From Sedimentisphaerales bacterium (GTDB taxonomy: Bacteria; Planctomycetota; Phycisphaerae; Sedimentisphaerales; SM23-30): 64,000 nt of DNA. Numbering within the stretch: position 1 is the first letter of the stretch; every line of letters starts with the position of its first letter. Made by a program: the position numbers and the translations under genes. The notes under the pieces were generated by a model that did no database searches, was not told the origin of the DNA, and saw only the letters and a list, made by a program, of their open reading frames with translations. Where the stretch lies: the NCBI GenBank assembly GCA_963663805.2, contig CAXXMR010000003.1:201769-265768 (forward strand). Direction: 5' to 3'. Positions 50,622 through 60,271 of the stretch are shown here, piece by piece.

Positions 50622-52247
50622 ATGAAAAATGGCTTTAAGTTGATTCTTGCTTTTTGTTTAATTCCAATGGGCCTCTCTGCCGCTGAAAAACCACCTGTTA
50701 TTCTTTTTAGCAATGACACTACCAACATCACTACTTGTGAGAGTCCATTTCGTGGAGCAGGGGAGCCTTTTAGAGAGCAGATGTTAAAAGCATCTGTTGT
50801 GGAAACAGCAAGTCTGGGTGTTGACGTTCATATGCTTCAGCCGGGACTGGGATGGGTTCCCTGGTGGCAGAGTCAGGTGTATCCTATGCAGGAGCATGTT
50901 GAGTGGCTGAGGTCAATCAAGCCTGCAAGTCTGAATTCTTATGACAAGTATATTATTAATGGAGGCGATATAGTCAAGGTCGCTCTGAAGACCGCCCGGG
51001 AAACTGGTCAGTTATTTTTCGTGTCATACCGGTTAAATGATTATCATCACATTTTGCATTCTCTTTCAAAGTTAGATTTCCCAAACGAAAGAGAGAAGGC
51101 ATTAGCTAATTGCAAATTTTATTATGAGCATCCGGAATATCGAATTGGCCCCGGCATGCACGGCAGTTCTAAAGAATCCTTTAATCAATATTTGCAGGAT
51201 TGGACTCACAAAGAGGTGCGGGATTATAAGTTTTCGCTGATAAGTGAGATTTGCAGAAATTATGACATCGACGGACTGGAACTTGATTTCATGAGACACG
51301 CCTGCTATTTCAATTCCCAAGATACGACTGCCAGACAAAGAATAGAAATAATGACAGTTTTTGTCAAAAGGGTCAAAGAACTGCTCAATAAGACTTCGCG
51401 TGATGGTAGGCAACGCTTCCTTTGTGTCCGAGTTCCCTTTAGGCTAAAAGACTGTGAGGCGATTGGCATAGATTTCCCGTCGATTGCCAAGGCGGGAGTT
51501 GATATGTTAAATCTTTCGTGCCATTATGTTACGGAACAGCAATCAGACCTTCATGAAATTCATAAGCAGGTGCCGAACACTCCGGTTTATTTTGAAATGA
51601 CAAATGTGAGCAACCTTTTCAAAAATCCAAACAGGAAAAAACAGACTTTTTTTGTTGCTACCACTGACCAGCAGTTTTGTACGACCGCTCACCTGGCATA
51701 TGCAAGAGGAGCGTTCGGATTAAGTCTGTTTAATTTTGTGTATTACCGGGATTTTTCGGAAAAAACCCATGGGGCAGATGGTTCAAGGATTGATGTCTCC
51801 GAGCCGCCATTTTATATCATTCGTAAGATACGTGATAAAAAATGGCTTGCCAGACAGCCTCAACATTATTATCTTACCAGGTTTGATGCGGATTATAAAC
51901 GCGTCACCAAATTGCCGGTAAAAGTAGGAGAGTTGCAGACTTTTAAACTGGATATGGCTCCTCCAGTAGACGGTTGGGAAGCGGGTGGGCGATTGCGTGT
52001 GCAATTCCTGACACCGTATAATGGTAGCAAATGGAAATTACGATTCAACAATACTGAGTTGGAGCCAACTGGAGATATCTCCGAGCCGTATCCATCACCT
52101 TACAAAGACGGATTGGGTGACAGTCAAACTTTGCTGGCCTGGAAACTACCCGCCGAGATAATAAAAAATGGTATTAATAAAATAGAGCTTGCCGCTATTG
52201 AGGGTACACCGCCGCGATTGATTAGCATAGATATTGCGGTGAAGTAA
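50622..52247 (+). CDS. Secreted glycoside-hydrolase-like (GHL10-like) protein, paralog of the C-terminal part of 48005
   Basis: Signal peptide; [41 protein letters not shown]. Confidence 0.75.
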   Translation: MKNGFKLILAFCLIPMGLSAAEKPPVILFSNDTTNITTCESPFRGAGEPFREQMLKASVVETASLGVDVHMLQPGLGWVPWWQSQVYPMQEHVEWLRSIKPASLNSYDKYIINGGDIVKVALKTARETGQLFFVSYRLNDYHHILHSLSKLDFPNEREKALANCKFYYEHPEYRIGPGMHGSSKESFNQYLQDWTHKEVRDYKFSLISEICRNYDIDGLELDFMRHACYFNSQDTTARQRIEIMTVFVKRVKELLNKTSRDGRQRFLCVRVPFRLKDCEAIGIDFPSIAKAGVDMLNLSCHYVTEQQSDLHEIHKQVPNTPVYFEMTNVSNLFKNPNRKKQTFFVATTDQQFCTTAHLAYARGAFGLSLFNFVYYRDFSEKTHGADGSRIDVSEPPFYIIRKIRDKKWLARQPQHYYLTRFDADYKRVTKLPVKVGELQTFKLDMAPPVDGWEAGGRLRVQFLTPYNGSKWKLRFNNTELEPTGDISEPYPSPYKDGLGDSQTLLAWKLPAEIIKNGINKIELAAIEGTPPRLISIDIAVK

Positions 52248-52307
52248 TAATGAATTATTTAGCAATTTTACTTTTGAGTATTATTTGTAGAAAGCGTGAA
52301 ATTAAAG

Positions 52308-53645
52308 ATGGCGTTATGGAATTTTCCGGAAGATTTTTTGTGGGGTACCGCCACGTCGAATTATCAGGTTGAAGGCGCAGTAAGTGAAGATGGACGGGGC
52401 AGGGGTATATGGGATACTTTTTGCCATACTCCCGGCAAAGTCGCTCACGGCCATAATGCGGATATCGCTTGTGACCAATTTCACCTTTACAAAAATGATG
52501 TGGCGTTAATGCGAGAGCTTGGAGTTAAAGCATATCGCTTTTCGATATCCTGGCCACGCGTATTTCCCGATGGCAAGGGCCGGATCAACCCCAAAGGTTT
52601 TGACTATTATCATTCTCTTATCGATGCTTTACTAGAGGCCGGAATCGAGCCTGCGGTTACACTATATCATTGGGACTTGCCTCAGACCCTTCAGGATATG
52701 GGAGGGTGGCCCCATAGGGATATCGCTAAATATTTTGCGGAATACGCGGCAGTTTGCTTTGATGAGTTAGGAGAAAAGGTTAAGTTTTGGATGACCTTAA
52801 ACGAGCTGACGTGTGCATCCTACAGCAGTTATGAATCTGGCAAATTAGCACCTGGTATTCGTGGCGATGGTCAGGCATCATTTTCTGCAGCGCATCATCT
52901 TTTATTGGGGCATGGCCTGGCGGTCCGGGCTTATCGAGACACCGGGCAGGATGGACAGATTGGGGTTGCTTGTGATGTCAACGGGGCAAGGGCAGCGACC
53001 CGGGCTGAAGAAGATATTCTGGCTGCGGACCGTGCCAGGGATGGCTGGGGGGGGAGATTTTTTCTAAATCCTTTATTTGGGAAGTCGTATCCCCAAAGAT
53101 TTTTGCAGGCTTATCCCAAACGCCGTTTGCCTGTCGAGGATGGAGATATGGAGATTATTGGTGCTGGTCTCGATTTTCTGGGGGTTAACATGTATAAAGA
53201 ATTTGCCATTGCTCATGATCCTTCACATCCAGAAGGTTATCGTCGGGTCCGGACAGGTTATTCGAAAACCTCTTTGGATTGGGATATCAATCCTCGTCAA
53301 CTATATCGTGTTCTTAAATGGGTGAATGATGAATATGACTGTCCTGCCATATATGTTACAGAAAATGGATCTGCGTTTCCCGATAAATTGAGTGATGATG
53401 GTCTCTGTCATGACCCTGAGAGGATTGAGTATATACGCGGATATATTGCCGCCTGTGCCGAAGCGATGCAGGAGGGGGTCGACCTTCGAGGGTATTTTCT
53501 ATGGTCATTTATTGACAATTTTGAATGGGGCTGTGGATTTACAAAACGATTTGGTCTGGTTTATTGTGATTATGACAATGAATGTAGTCGCATCCCCAAA
53601 GACAGTTTTTATTTCTATCGTGAAGTTATCGCAGGCTATGAGTAA
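52308..53645 (+). CDS. GH1 beta-glucosidase
   Basis: FPEDFLWGTATSNYQVEG, YRFSISWPR, TLYHWDLPQ, TLNE, YVTENG, WSFIDNFEW; start may be GTG 52296. Confidence 0.95.
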   Translation: MALWNFPEDFLWGTATSNYQVEGAVSEDGRGRGIWDTFCHTPGKVAHGHNADIACDQFHLYKNDVALMRELGVKAYRFSISWPRVFPDGKGRINPKGFDYYHSLIDALLEAGIEPAVTLYHWDLPQTLQDMGGWPHRDIAKYFAEYAAVCFDELGEKVKFWMTLNELTCASYSSYESGKLAPGIRGDGQASFSAAHHLLLGHGLAVRAYRDTGQDGQIGVACDVNGARAATRAEEDILAADRARDGWGGRFFLNPLFGKSYPQRFLQAYPKRRLPVEDGDMEIIGAGLDFLGVNMYKEFAIAHDPSHPEGYRRVRTGYSKTSLDWDINPRQLYRVLKWVNDEYDCPAIYVTENGSAFPDKLSDDGLCHDPERIEYIRGYIAACAEAMQEGVDLRGYFLWSFIDNFEWGCGFTKRFGLVYCDYDNECSRIPKDSFYFYREVIAGYE

Positions 53646-53838
53646 AAAATGATTCGCTCTTAGGCAGAATTTAATTTTTAGAAGCTCCCTTAAAATTTAA
53701 GATTGCGATTTTTTAGATTTGTGCTAAGTTTGAGCCGATAAAGAAGGGCAAGAATGTTTGAATGATTAAAAACTATGGGCCTTACGACAGACGACAAAGG
53801 ATTGTTAATATTACAAAAGGTTCTGGATTTAAAGCAAC

Positions 53839-56361
53839 ATGAATATCAATCGTAAAGAAATCTCTTTAGATGGCTTTTGGCAGCTTCGTTCGGAAGCGAT
53901 TACTTGTACTTCCCTGGAGGGCTCGAGGATTTCCAGGCTCAAAACAGGCTGGATTGAAACTCCCGTACCCGGTGATATTCATCAGGGCGTAATCGCTGCT
54001 GGTAAGGGGCAAGAGCCGACTCTTGGTATGAATTCCCGTGACGACGCCTGGATTGAGGATCGCTCCTGGTGGCTCAGGAAAACCTTCAAGGCCACCCAGG
54101 CGATGATTGATGCCGACCAATGTGAACTGCATCTTGACGGCCTTGATGCCAACGCCTCGATATTTCTCAACGGTAAGCAGCTCGGCAACCATCCTTCGGC
54201 ATTCAGACCTTTTATAATGCGCCTAAACGAGACGCTGATAAAAGGCGAAAACATCGTTCTTGTTCGTCTCACTCATGGTTTAGAAAATGTTACTCAAAAG
54301 CAGGTCGATGATATTGGTGGCAAGGTAATAACTGAAGCCGTCAACAATAATCCCGATGCCGGAGATCGCAGACGCGTATATGTTCGTAAGCCCCAATACA
54401 CCTGGGGCTGGGACTGGGTTCCGCGAATTGCCACTGTCGGTATTACCGGAAAATGCAAGATTTGTGTTTGCAATCAGGCCGTAATAAGAGATTTACAGAT
54501 CACTCCGCAGCAAAAATCACGATCCACGGATGTCAATCTTAACACGGTAGTCGAAATCGAATGGTTCCATCGTACCCAAAGTGGAACTGGAACCGTGGAA
54601 GTGAAAATTCAGGATACTGAAGGAAAAGCTGTCGCAACCGTCAGGAAAAATGTCTTGCTGCAAAGTGGCATAAACTATATTGATTTAGTTGCCCAGATAA
54701 AAAAGGCGAAACTATGGTGGCCTTCCCAGATGGGCGAACAGTACCGCTATAACATCACCGCGGAATTAATAATAGGAGGCAAGTTATTCGACCATCATTC
54801 ATTAAAGTACGGCATTAGGTTTGTCGAACTTGATACTAATGACAAGTTTGCGATTCGCATTAATGGGAAGATTGTTTTTTGCAAAGGTGCCAACTGGATT
54901 CCCTGTGATGCTCTTTATGGCCGGGTCACGGACCAGCGGGTGGATACTCTGGTAACTGAAGCCCAAAAGGCTAATTTTAATATGCTGCGTATCTGGGGTG
55001 GCGGACTTTATGAGCTTGACGCTTTCTATGAGGCTTGCGATCGTGAGGGAATAATGATTTGGCAGGACTTTATGTTTGCCTGTGCACCACCGCCGGATCA
55101 TCTCGAGAGTTTCAGGGATGAAATACGAAAAGAAGCCGATTATCAAACCAGAAGGCTTCATAATAATGCCTGCATTGTTTTATGGTGTGGTAGTAATGAG
55201 TGTGTTGACACAATGTGCCCGTATCTGCCTGGACAAACCGAAAATGGCAAAGTAACTTTTGGCCATATACTGCCCCGTGCTGTTCGCAATAATTGTCCCG
55301 AAATCCCCTATTGGTATGCTTCGCCTTATGGCTCTTCTAGTAACTGGAACTGCCATGATACTGACGGCATTGGTGATTGCCATTTTTGGCGTGACGCTAT
55401 GATGAACCCGAATATGAAAAAGCGGATTACCCCCGAACTTTTTGATACCGACAGCCACGCTCGTTTTATCAGCGAATATGGCTTCATCGGGCCGTGCTGC
55501 GAAGAAACCACTATGCAGTATCTCGACGGCGGCGAAATTGATCGCAACAAAAAAACTTGGCTGCATCACTGCAATTCCTTTGAAAAAGGAACGGTAAATG
55601 CCGCCATAAAGAAGCATTATATCAACCCCGAAAAGATAACTACTCAGGAATATCTTTATTACGGCGGACTCGTTCAGGGTTTGATGTACAGCTATAGCCT
55701 CGAGACCTTCCGTTCTCAGCCATTCTGCTACGGCGGATTATTTTGGATGTACAACGACTGTTGGGGCGAAGTCGGCTGGAGTATAATTGATTATTATCTA
55801 CGCCGAAAGATTTCCTGGTATTTCGTTAGAAGGGCGTTGGCCTCTCGACGACTTATTTTGCGACAGAGAAAAGGTGAAGTTGCCGTAATTCTGGCAAATG
55901 ACACAAACAAGTTGCTGCGTGGCATTATGGAATACGGCTATATTTCATTGGATGGTAGGAAATCTGCCGTAAAAACTAAAAAAATTACAGCGGATTCATC
56001 TCCGTGTTCTATCCTGGCAACCTTTGCCAAAGGTCGTCACGATCTCCAAAAAGGCTTGTTCTTTGCCAGGATAATGGGCAACAAAAATATCGCATCAGCC
56101 ACCTTAAGAGCTGTTGATTTTCGCCAGCTAAAACGCCAAAATCCCAACCTGAAATACTCACTTCAGAAAAAAAGTAATAGCACGTATGTTCTGAAAATCA
56201 AAACCGACGTATATGCCCACGCCGTAAAAATTGATTTGCCTAAAACCGCAACCCCTGAAGACAACTATTTCGATATCTTGCCTAACACGAAAGTTTCAGT
56301 AGTTATTAACTCATTTGACAAACTGGAGCAAAATGATATTGCGGTCACTGTCTGCAAATAG
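53839..56361 (+). CDS. GH2 beta-mannosidase-like glycoside hydrolase
   Basis: RKPQYTWGWDW.P, KGANWIP, NMLRIWGGG.YE, WQDFMFAC, WCGSNE, RFISEYG, FWMYND.W. Confidence 0.9.
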   Translation: MNINRKEISLDGFWQLRSEAITCTSLEGSRISRLKTGWIETPVPGDIHQGVIAAGKGQEPTLGMNSRDDAWIEDRSWWLRKTFKATQAMIDADQCELHLDGLDANASIFLNGKQLGNHPSAFRPFIMRLNETLIKGENIVLVRLTHGLENVTQKQVDDIGGKVITEAVNNNPDAGDRRRVYVRKPQYTWGWDWVPRIATVGITGKCKICVCNQAVIRDLQITPQQKSRSTDVNLNTVVEIEWFHRTQSGTGTVEVKIQDTEGKAVATVRKNVLLQSGINYIDLVAQIKKAKLWWPSQMGEQYRYNITAELIIGGKLFDHHSLKYGIRFVELDTNDKFAIRINGKIVFCKGANWIPCDALYGRVTDQRVDTLVTEAQKANFNMLRIWGGGLYELDAFYEACDREGIMIWQDFMFACAPPPDHLESFRDEIRKEADYQTRRLHNNACIVLWCGSNECVDTMCPYLPGQTENGKVTFGHILPRAVRNNCPEIPYWYASPYGSSSNWNCHDTDGIGDCHFWRDAMMNPNMKKRITPELFDTDSHARFISEYGFIGPCCEETTMQYLDGGEIDRNKKTWLHHCNSFEKGTVNAAIKKHYINPEKITTQEYLYYGGLVQGLMYSYSLETFRSQPFCYGGLFWMYNDCWGEVGWSIIDYYLRRKISWYFVRRALASRRLILRQRKGEVAVILANDTNKLLRGIMEYGYISLDGRKSAVKTKKITADSSPCSILATFAKGRHDLQKGLFFARIMGNKNIASATLRAVDFRQLKRQNPNLKYSLQKKSNSTYVLKIKTDVYAHAVKIDLPKTATPEDNYFDILPNTKVSVVINSFDKLEQNDIAVTVCK

Positions 56362-56525
56362 GGTTTGCTGAATAAACTCTCAGGTTGCGTTTTAGTTGTG
56401 CCTTGTGGTTAAATCTGGTCTTCAGGAAAAGCCACAACTGTACTTGTCAAGCGTTCGTAGGACTGCTAAGACAACTCATTATCTGGTTGCTTGCTCTGTA
56501 ATCGCTTATAGATTTATAATTTGGA

Positions 56526-56933
56526 TTGCGTTTTTTTCCTTTGGATACGGCTGATGTTTTGATTCTACTTCTTCGTCAGGTTGAAGAAGTCGCTCAGCGG
56601 CTCCGGGACGAAAAACTCGAAGGCAGAACCGTCACTCTTAAACTTAGACGTGGAGATTTTCAAACCATCACGCGTAGTCATACGTTTGATCACTCCACCA
56701 ATATTACCGAGTTGATCTGGCGGGAAGCCAAAAGGCTACTGGAACAGTGGTATAAATCGTGGGGCTCACCTCTTCGTTTGTTGGGAGTAGGCGTCTCGAA
56801 CCTGCAAAAAGCGGGCCAGGGCCAGCAGTTATTGTTCACGGACGAATCTGAAGTGAAGCAGAAAAAAGTTGACGATGTTATGGATAAGGTTCGGCAGAAA
56901 TATGGCGGCGATATTCTGAAAAGAGGCTTGTGA
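56526..56933 (+). pseudogene. C-terminal (little-finger) fragment of DNA polymerase IV/DinB
   Basis: RLR..EGRTVTLKLR..DFQTITRS.T, LRLLGVGVSNL, D.VRQKYG; the catalytic N-terminus is absent. Confidence 0.75.
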
Positions 56934-57217
56934 CGAACACTCGCCCCTGTGAAACTGAAAAAATCCCCCTTGACACAACCCCATCTTCAGATTATATATT
57001 AATTATAGATTGTTAGGGCGGAACCGACCTCTGGCTCTCCAAGTCAAACCTAAGCCTTTTTTAAATAAGTGTTTACGTTTATTTAAGGAGTGGTGATTAG
57101 TATTGAAAATGGAGCCAGATTTGCATCGAAATCTGAGCCACTTAGGTTAGTAAAATAACGCCGATTTCGGCGTTGTCAATAGGGATTCTGGTCCTTTTTC
57201 GTTGGATTGAGGCTTTC

Positions 57218-57982
57218 TTAGCCTTCTTTTTTCCGTTTTTTCTCTAAACTCTGGTTAAGTCGCCAGCTGTCGGTTATGATTTCGACCACGCTCACATGGT
57301 GGGTCAGTCGGTCCAGCAGAGCACCGGCTAATCTTTCATCATCGCCAAAGACCTGGGGCCAATCGGCGAATGGCAGATTCGTTGTTACGATCAGGCTGGT
57401 TTGTTCATAGCACTGGCTGAAAAAGCCGAACAGATGTTCCGCTCCGATACGGTCGAACGGGACATAGCCCAGTTCATCGATGATGATCAGGTCGCATTTT
57501 TTTATATAGCTCTCTAATTTCAACACCGCTCTTTCCTGTCGGGCTTCGAGATACGTATTAACCAGTTCAGCAGCGGTAAAAAACCGCACTTTATAACCTC
57601 GTCGGCAGGCTTCCCGGCCGAGGGCGATGGCCAGATGACTTTTACCCACGCCCGGCGGGCCGGTAAAGACGATATTACTGCGGCGGTCGATAAAGCCGCA
57701 CATCGAAAGGTCGATAATCTGTTTTTTATTTATCTGCGGCACGGCCATAAAATCAAAACTTTCAAGTTCCTTAGTCATGGGGAAGTTTGCCTGTTTCAAT
57801 CTCCTGGCGATGGCCTGCGACTGTCGATGAAAGACTTCGATTTCGGCCAGTCTTTGCAGGTAACTTTCATAGGATTCGTTTGCCTGGGCGGATGCCCGGG
57901 CAATTGTCTGATACTCTTTTTGAATTGTCGGAAGCTTCAGGGTCTTGAGATAGCTTTTTAATAAAACCATTTGATCTTTCAT
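57218..57982 (-). CDS. istB: IS21 helper ATPase
   Basis: GPPGVGKSHLA, LIIIDELGY, TTNLPF..W, ALLDRLTH. Confidence 0.95.
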   Translation of the reverse strand: MKDQMVLLKSYLKTLKLPTIQKEYQTIARASAQANESYESYLQRLAEIEVFHRQSQAIARRLKQANFPMTKELESFDFMAVPQINKKQIIDLSMCGFIDRRSNIVFTGPPGVGKSHLAIALGREACRRGYKVRFFTAAELVNTYLEARQERAVLKLESYIKKCDLIIIDELGYVPFDRIGAEHLFGFFSQCYEQTSLIVTTNLPFADWPQVFGDDERLAGALLDRLTHHVSVVEIITDSWRLNQSLEKKRKKEG

Positions 57983-59466
57983 GCTACCTCCCCGGCCAAC
58001 TGGTTATAAACATCGAGATTGCGTTTGCCATCGCCTTGGTTTACCAGGACTTGATTGCCGGCAAGGTTCAATTGTGAGCCGTTACGTAAAAAGCTTTCCA
58101 CCGCTTCATCGCTGAACGCCCGGCACTTGACACAAACACCAACGGCATGTTCAACTTCTTTTTGCGGATGCCTGATAAAGAGCAGCAGGATGTTGATGTA
58201 TTTACCGGTCCCTTCACTGCCGTATCGATATTCAAGCTCTGTTCGCATCAAGGTGAAATCTTCGCCCCAGGGCTGGCCCTTGAATGGCCGAGCATTATCC
58301 AGCGAACCGGGCTTACGCTCTAAAAGTTTGATATAATGCAGCGGATCCAGGATATACTGGTCTTTATCGTAACATCTGGAATGCGAGGCAACCAGCTCAT
58401 TTTTATAGAACAGGTCAACCCGGTCAACGAATACCTTGACCTGGCAAGATTGATAGGCATACTCCGTCGGCACCGAATACCGGTTAGTATCAACCCGTAC
58501 TGTAAGCTGTTTGTCCGCAAAGGTGGATATTCGACGACAGGCTTCAAACTTCTGCTCAGGCAGTTCGTATAAATGTGTTTTCTCTTCCGCAAATAAATCG
58601 CCAATGGTTTTATTCGTATGAGGTGCAGGGCCCTGGCGATCCAGTTCTTTGATACACTGAGCAATCAGCATCTCATTCAGCTGAGCCATATCGGTAACTC
58701 TCGGAACCGGAGAGAAGAACTGCCTTTCACTTCGCTTGGCGAGATTCTCGACATCGCCTTTTTCATTACCTTTAGCGACATTGCAAAAACGAGTGTCAAA
58801 CAAATACCAACTCTTAAGCTCTACGAATTTGCGGTTGAGCCGACGCTTGCCTTTTTTGAGAACCTTTAGAACCGCAGTTTTTAAATTGTCGTAAGCAATG
58901 CGTTTGGGCACGCCGCCGAAATATTCAAACGCCCGGACATGGCCGTCAAGAAAACATTCGATCTTCATGCTCTCGTAAGCACAAACAAAAGGAGCCTTAG
59001 AACAGCACAGCTTCATGCAAAAAACGTAGACCTTCTTCTCCCTGCCGTTTTCTTTAATGTTAGCTTCATGCCAGTCAACCTGGGCTTCTTCGCCAAACTC
59101 AAACGCTAACGGCAGGTAAGCTTCTTTTTGGCGATTACTCGCCTCCTTGATATACCGCTGGACAGTGCTGTAATGGCCGGTGAAACCATACTCGTCACAA
59201 AGCCGCTGATACATTTTGGTCGCCTGCATCCGCTGCTTACGCCGAACCTTTTTGTCAGATTCCAGCCAGGTGTCAATAATGTGCGCGAAGGGATCCATGA
59301 CAGCCTTGACCCGCGGCTGACTGAGCCGATAGCCCGGCGGAATCGGATTTTTCAGGGCCTTGGCCACCGTGTTACGCGAATGCCCCAGCTCCAGGGCAAC
59401 CTCACGTTGCGATATCCCATCACGAACTTTACGTCTGATAATCTCATAATGCTCCACTGTAAGCAC
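57979..59466 (-). CDS. istA: IS21 transposase
   Basis: N-terminal HTH, EAQVDW, FGGVP..I.YDNLK, GNEKGDVE, N.YSVP. Confidence 0.95.
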   Translation of the reverse strand: MLTVEHYEIIRRKVRDGISQREVALELGHSRNTVAKALKNPIPPGYRLSQPRVKAVMDPFAHIIDTWLESDKKVRRKQRMQATKMYQRLCDEYGFTGHYSTVQRYIKEASNRQKEAYLPLAFEFGEEAQVDWHEANIKENGREKKVYVFCMKLCCSKAPFVCAYESMKIECFLDGHVRAFEYFGGVPKRIAYDNLKTAVLKVLKKGKRRLNRKFVELKSWYLFDTRFCNVAKGNEKGDVENLAKRSERQFFSPVPRVTDMAQLNEMLIAQCIKELDRQGPAPHTNKTIGDLFAEEKTHLYELPEQKFEACRRISTFADKQLTVRVDTNRYSVPTEYAYQSCQVKVFVDRVDLFYKNELVASHSRCYDKDQYILDPLHYIKLLERKPGSLDNARPFKGQPWGEDFTLMRTELEYRYGSEGTGKYINILLLFIRHPQKEVEHAVGVCVKCRAFSDEAVESFLRNGSQLNLAGNQVLVNQGDGKRNLDVYNQLAGEVA

Positions 59467-59710
59467 CTTTCTAAGCCTCCTGTGTCTAAAATGTTACGTA
59501 TCTTAAACACATCTTATCGGCCTTTTACAGTGGCTCCTTTTTCGATGCTTTTTCAGAAGAGAAAACCCGCAAATCTGGCTCCATTTTCAATGCTAATCAC
59601 CACTTTTACACCCCCAAAAAAACTCAGCAAAACGTATTATCCCCAAAGCAACTAGGCAGGTAGCATTTTTCGAACTACTTTCTCAGAATGAAATTAACTT
59701 AAATGAATAT

Positions 59711-60271
59711 ATGCATTTCCAGAAAGAAGGAAATAACTTATTAGCTAGCGAAACTGTAGATAAAAATGGTATTTGGTACGGAGTTGTCAAGCTAATTTGT
59801 TCTGTGGATGATTCCAGCGAGGAACAGTTTTTTTTCGTTTTTATCGAAAGTGGAAAGTGTTTGTTTTGGGGTAAAGATGCAAGTGTTTTCCCTTTTTGTG
59901 GATTAAGAGATATAACAGGAGACGGATATGTCGAGAAGGTAATTGAGTCTGATGCTAATAATAACTCTAATCAGACATACAACAAACTTGAAGTCTACAG
60001 TTTTAGGGCTGATGAGACAAAACTATTGCTAGAGGTTCATTTCAATTTTTCTGTATCTATTGATCCCTTAGATTTTTATGGTGCTCACCTAAAGCCTATC
60101 AACAATACGTTTGAGCTTGGTATTACCAAATTAGAAAAAAAAAGGCAGAATGTATATTTTGTTTGGTCTAAGGAAGATCAAAGATTCTACGCTAAAGGCC
60201 CAGACAACGAAGAGTGGGAAATGGTTTTTCCCGCAGATAATCCCTTGCTACCGCTGGAGCCGGAGAAATAG
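59711..60271 (+). CDS. Hypothetical protein (possible orphan immunity protein or gene remnant)
   Basis: AT-rich 186-aa ORF directly before the Rhs module. Confidence 0.5.
   Translation: MHFQKEGNNLLASETVDKNGIWYGVVKLICSVDDSSEEQFFFVFIESGKCLFWGKDASVFPFCGLRDITGDGYVEKVIESDANNNSNQTYNKLEVYSFRADETKLLLEVHFNFSVSIDPLDFYGAHLKPINNTFELGITKLEKKRQNVYFVWSKEDQRFYAKGPDNEEWEMVFPADNPLLPLEPEK

Larger units (their letters stand above)
57091..59602 (-). mobile_element. IS21-family insertion sequence
   Basis: ~34-bp IRs TGGTGATTAG(T/C)ATTGAAAATGGAGCCAGATTTGC at both ends plus internal secondary repeats; istA-istB inside; no TSD seen. Confidence 0.92.
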
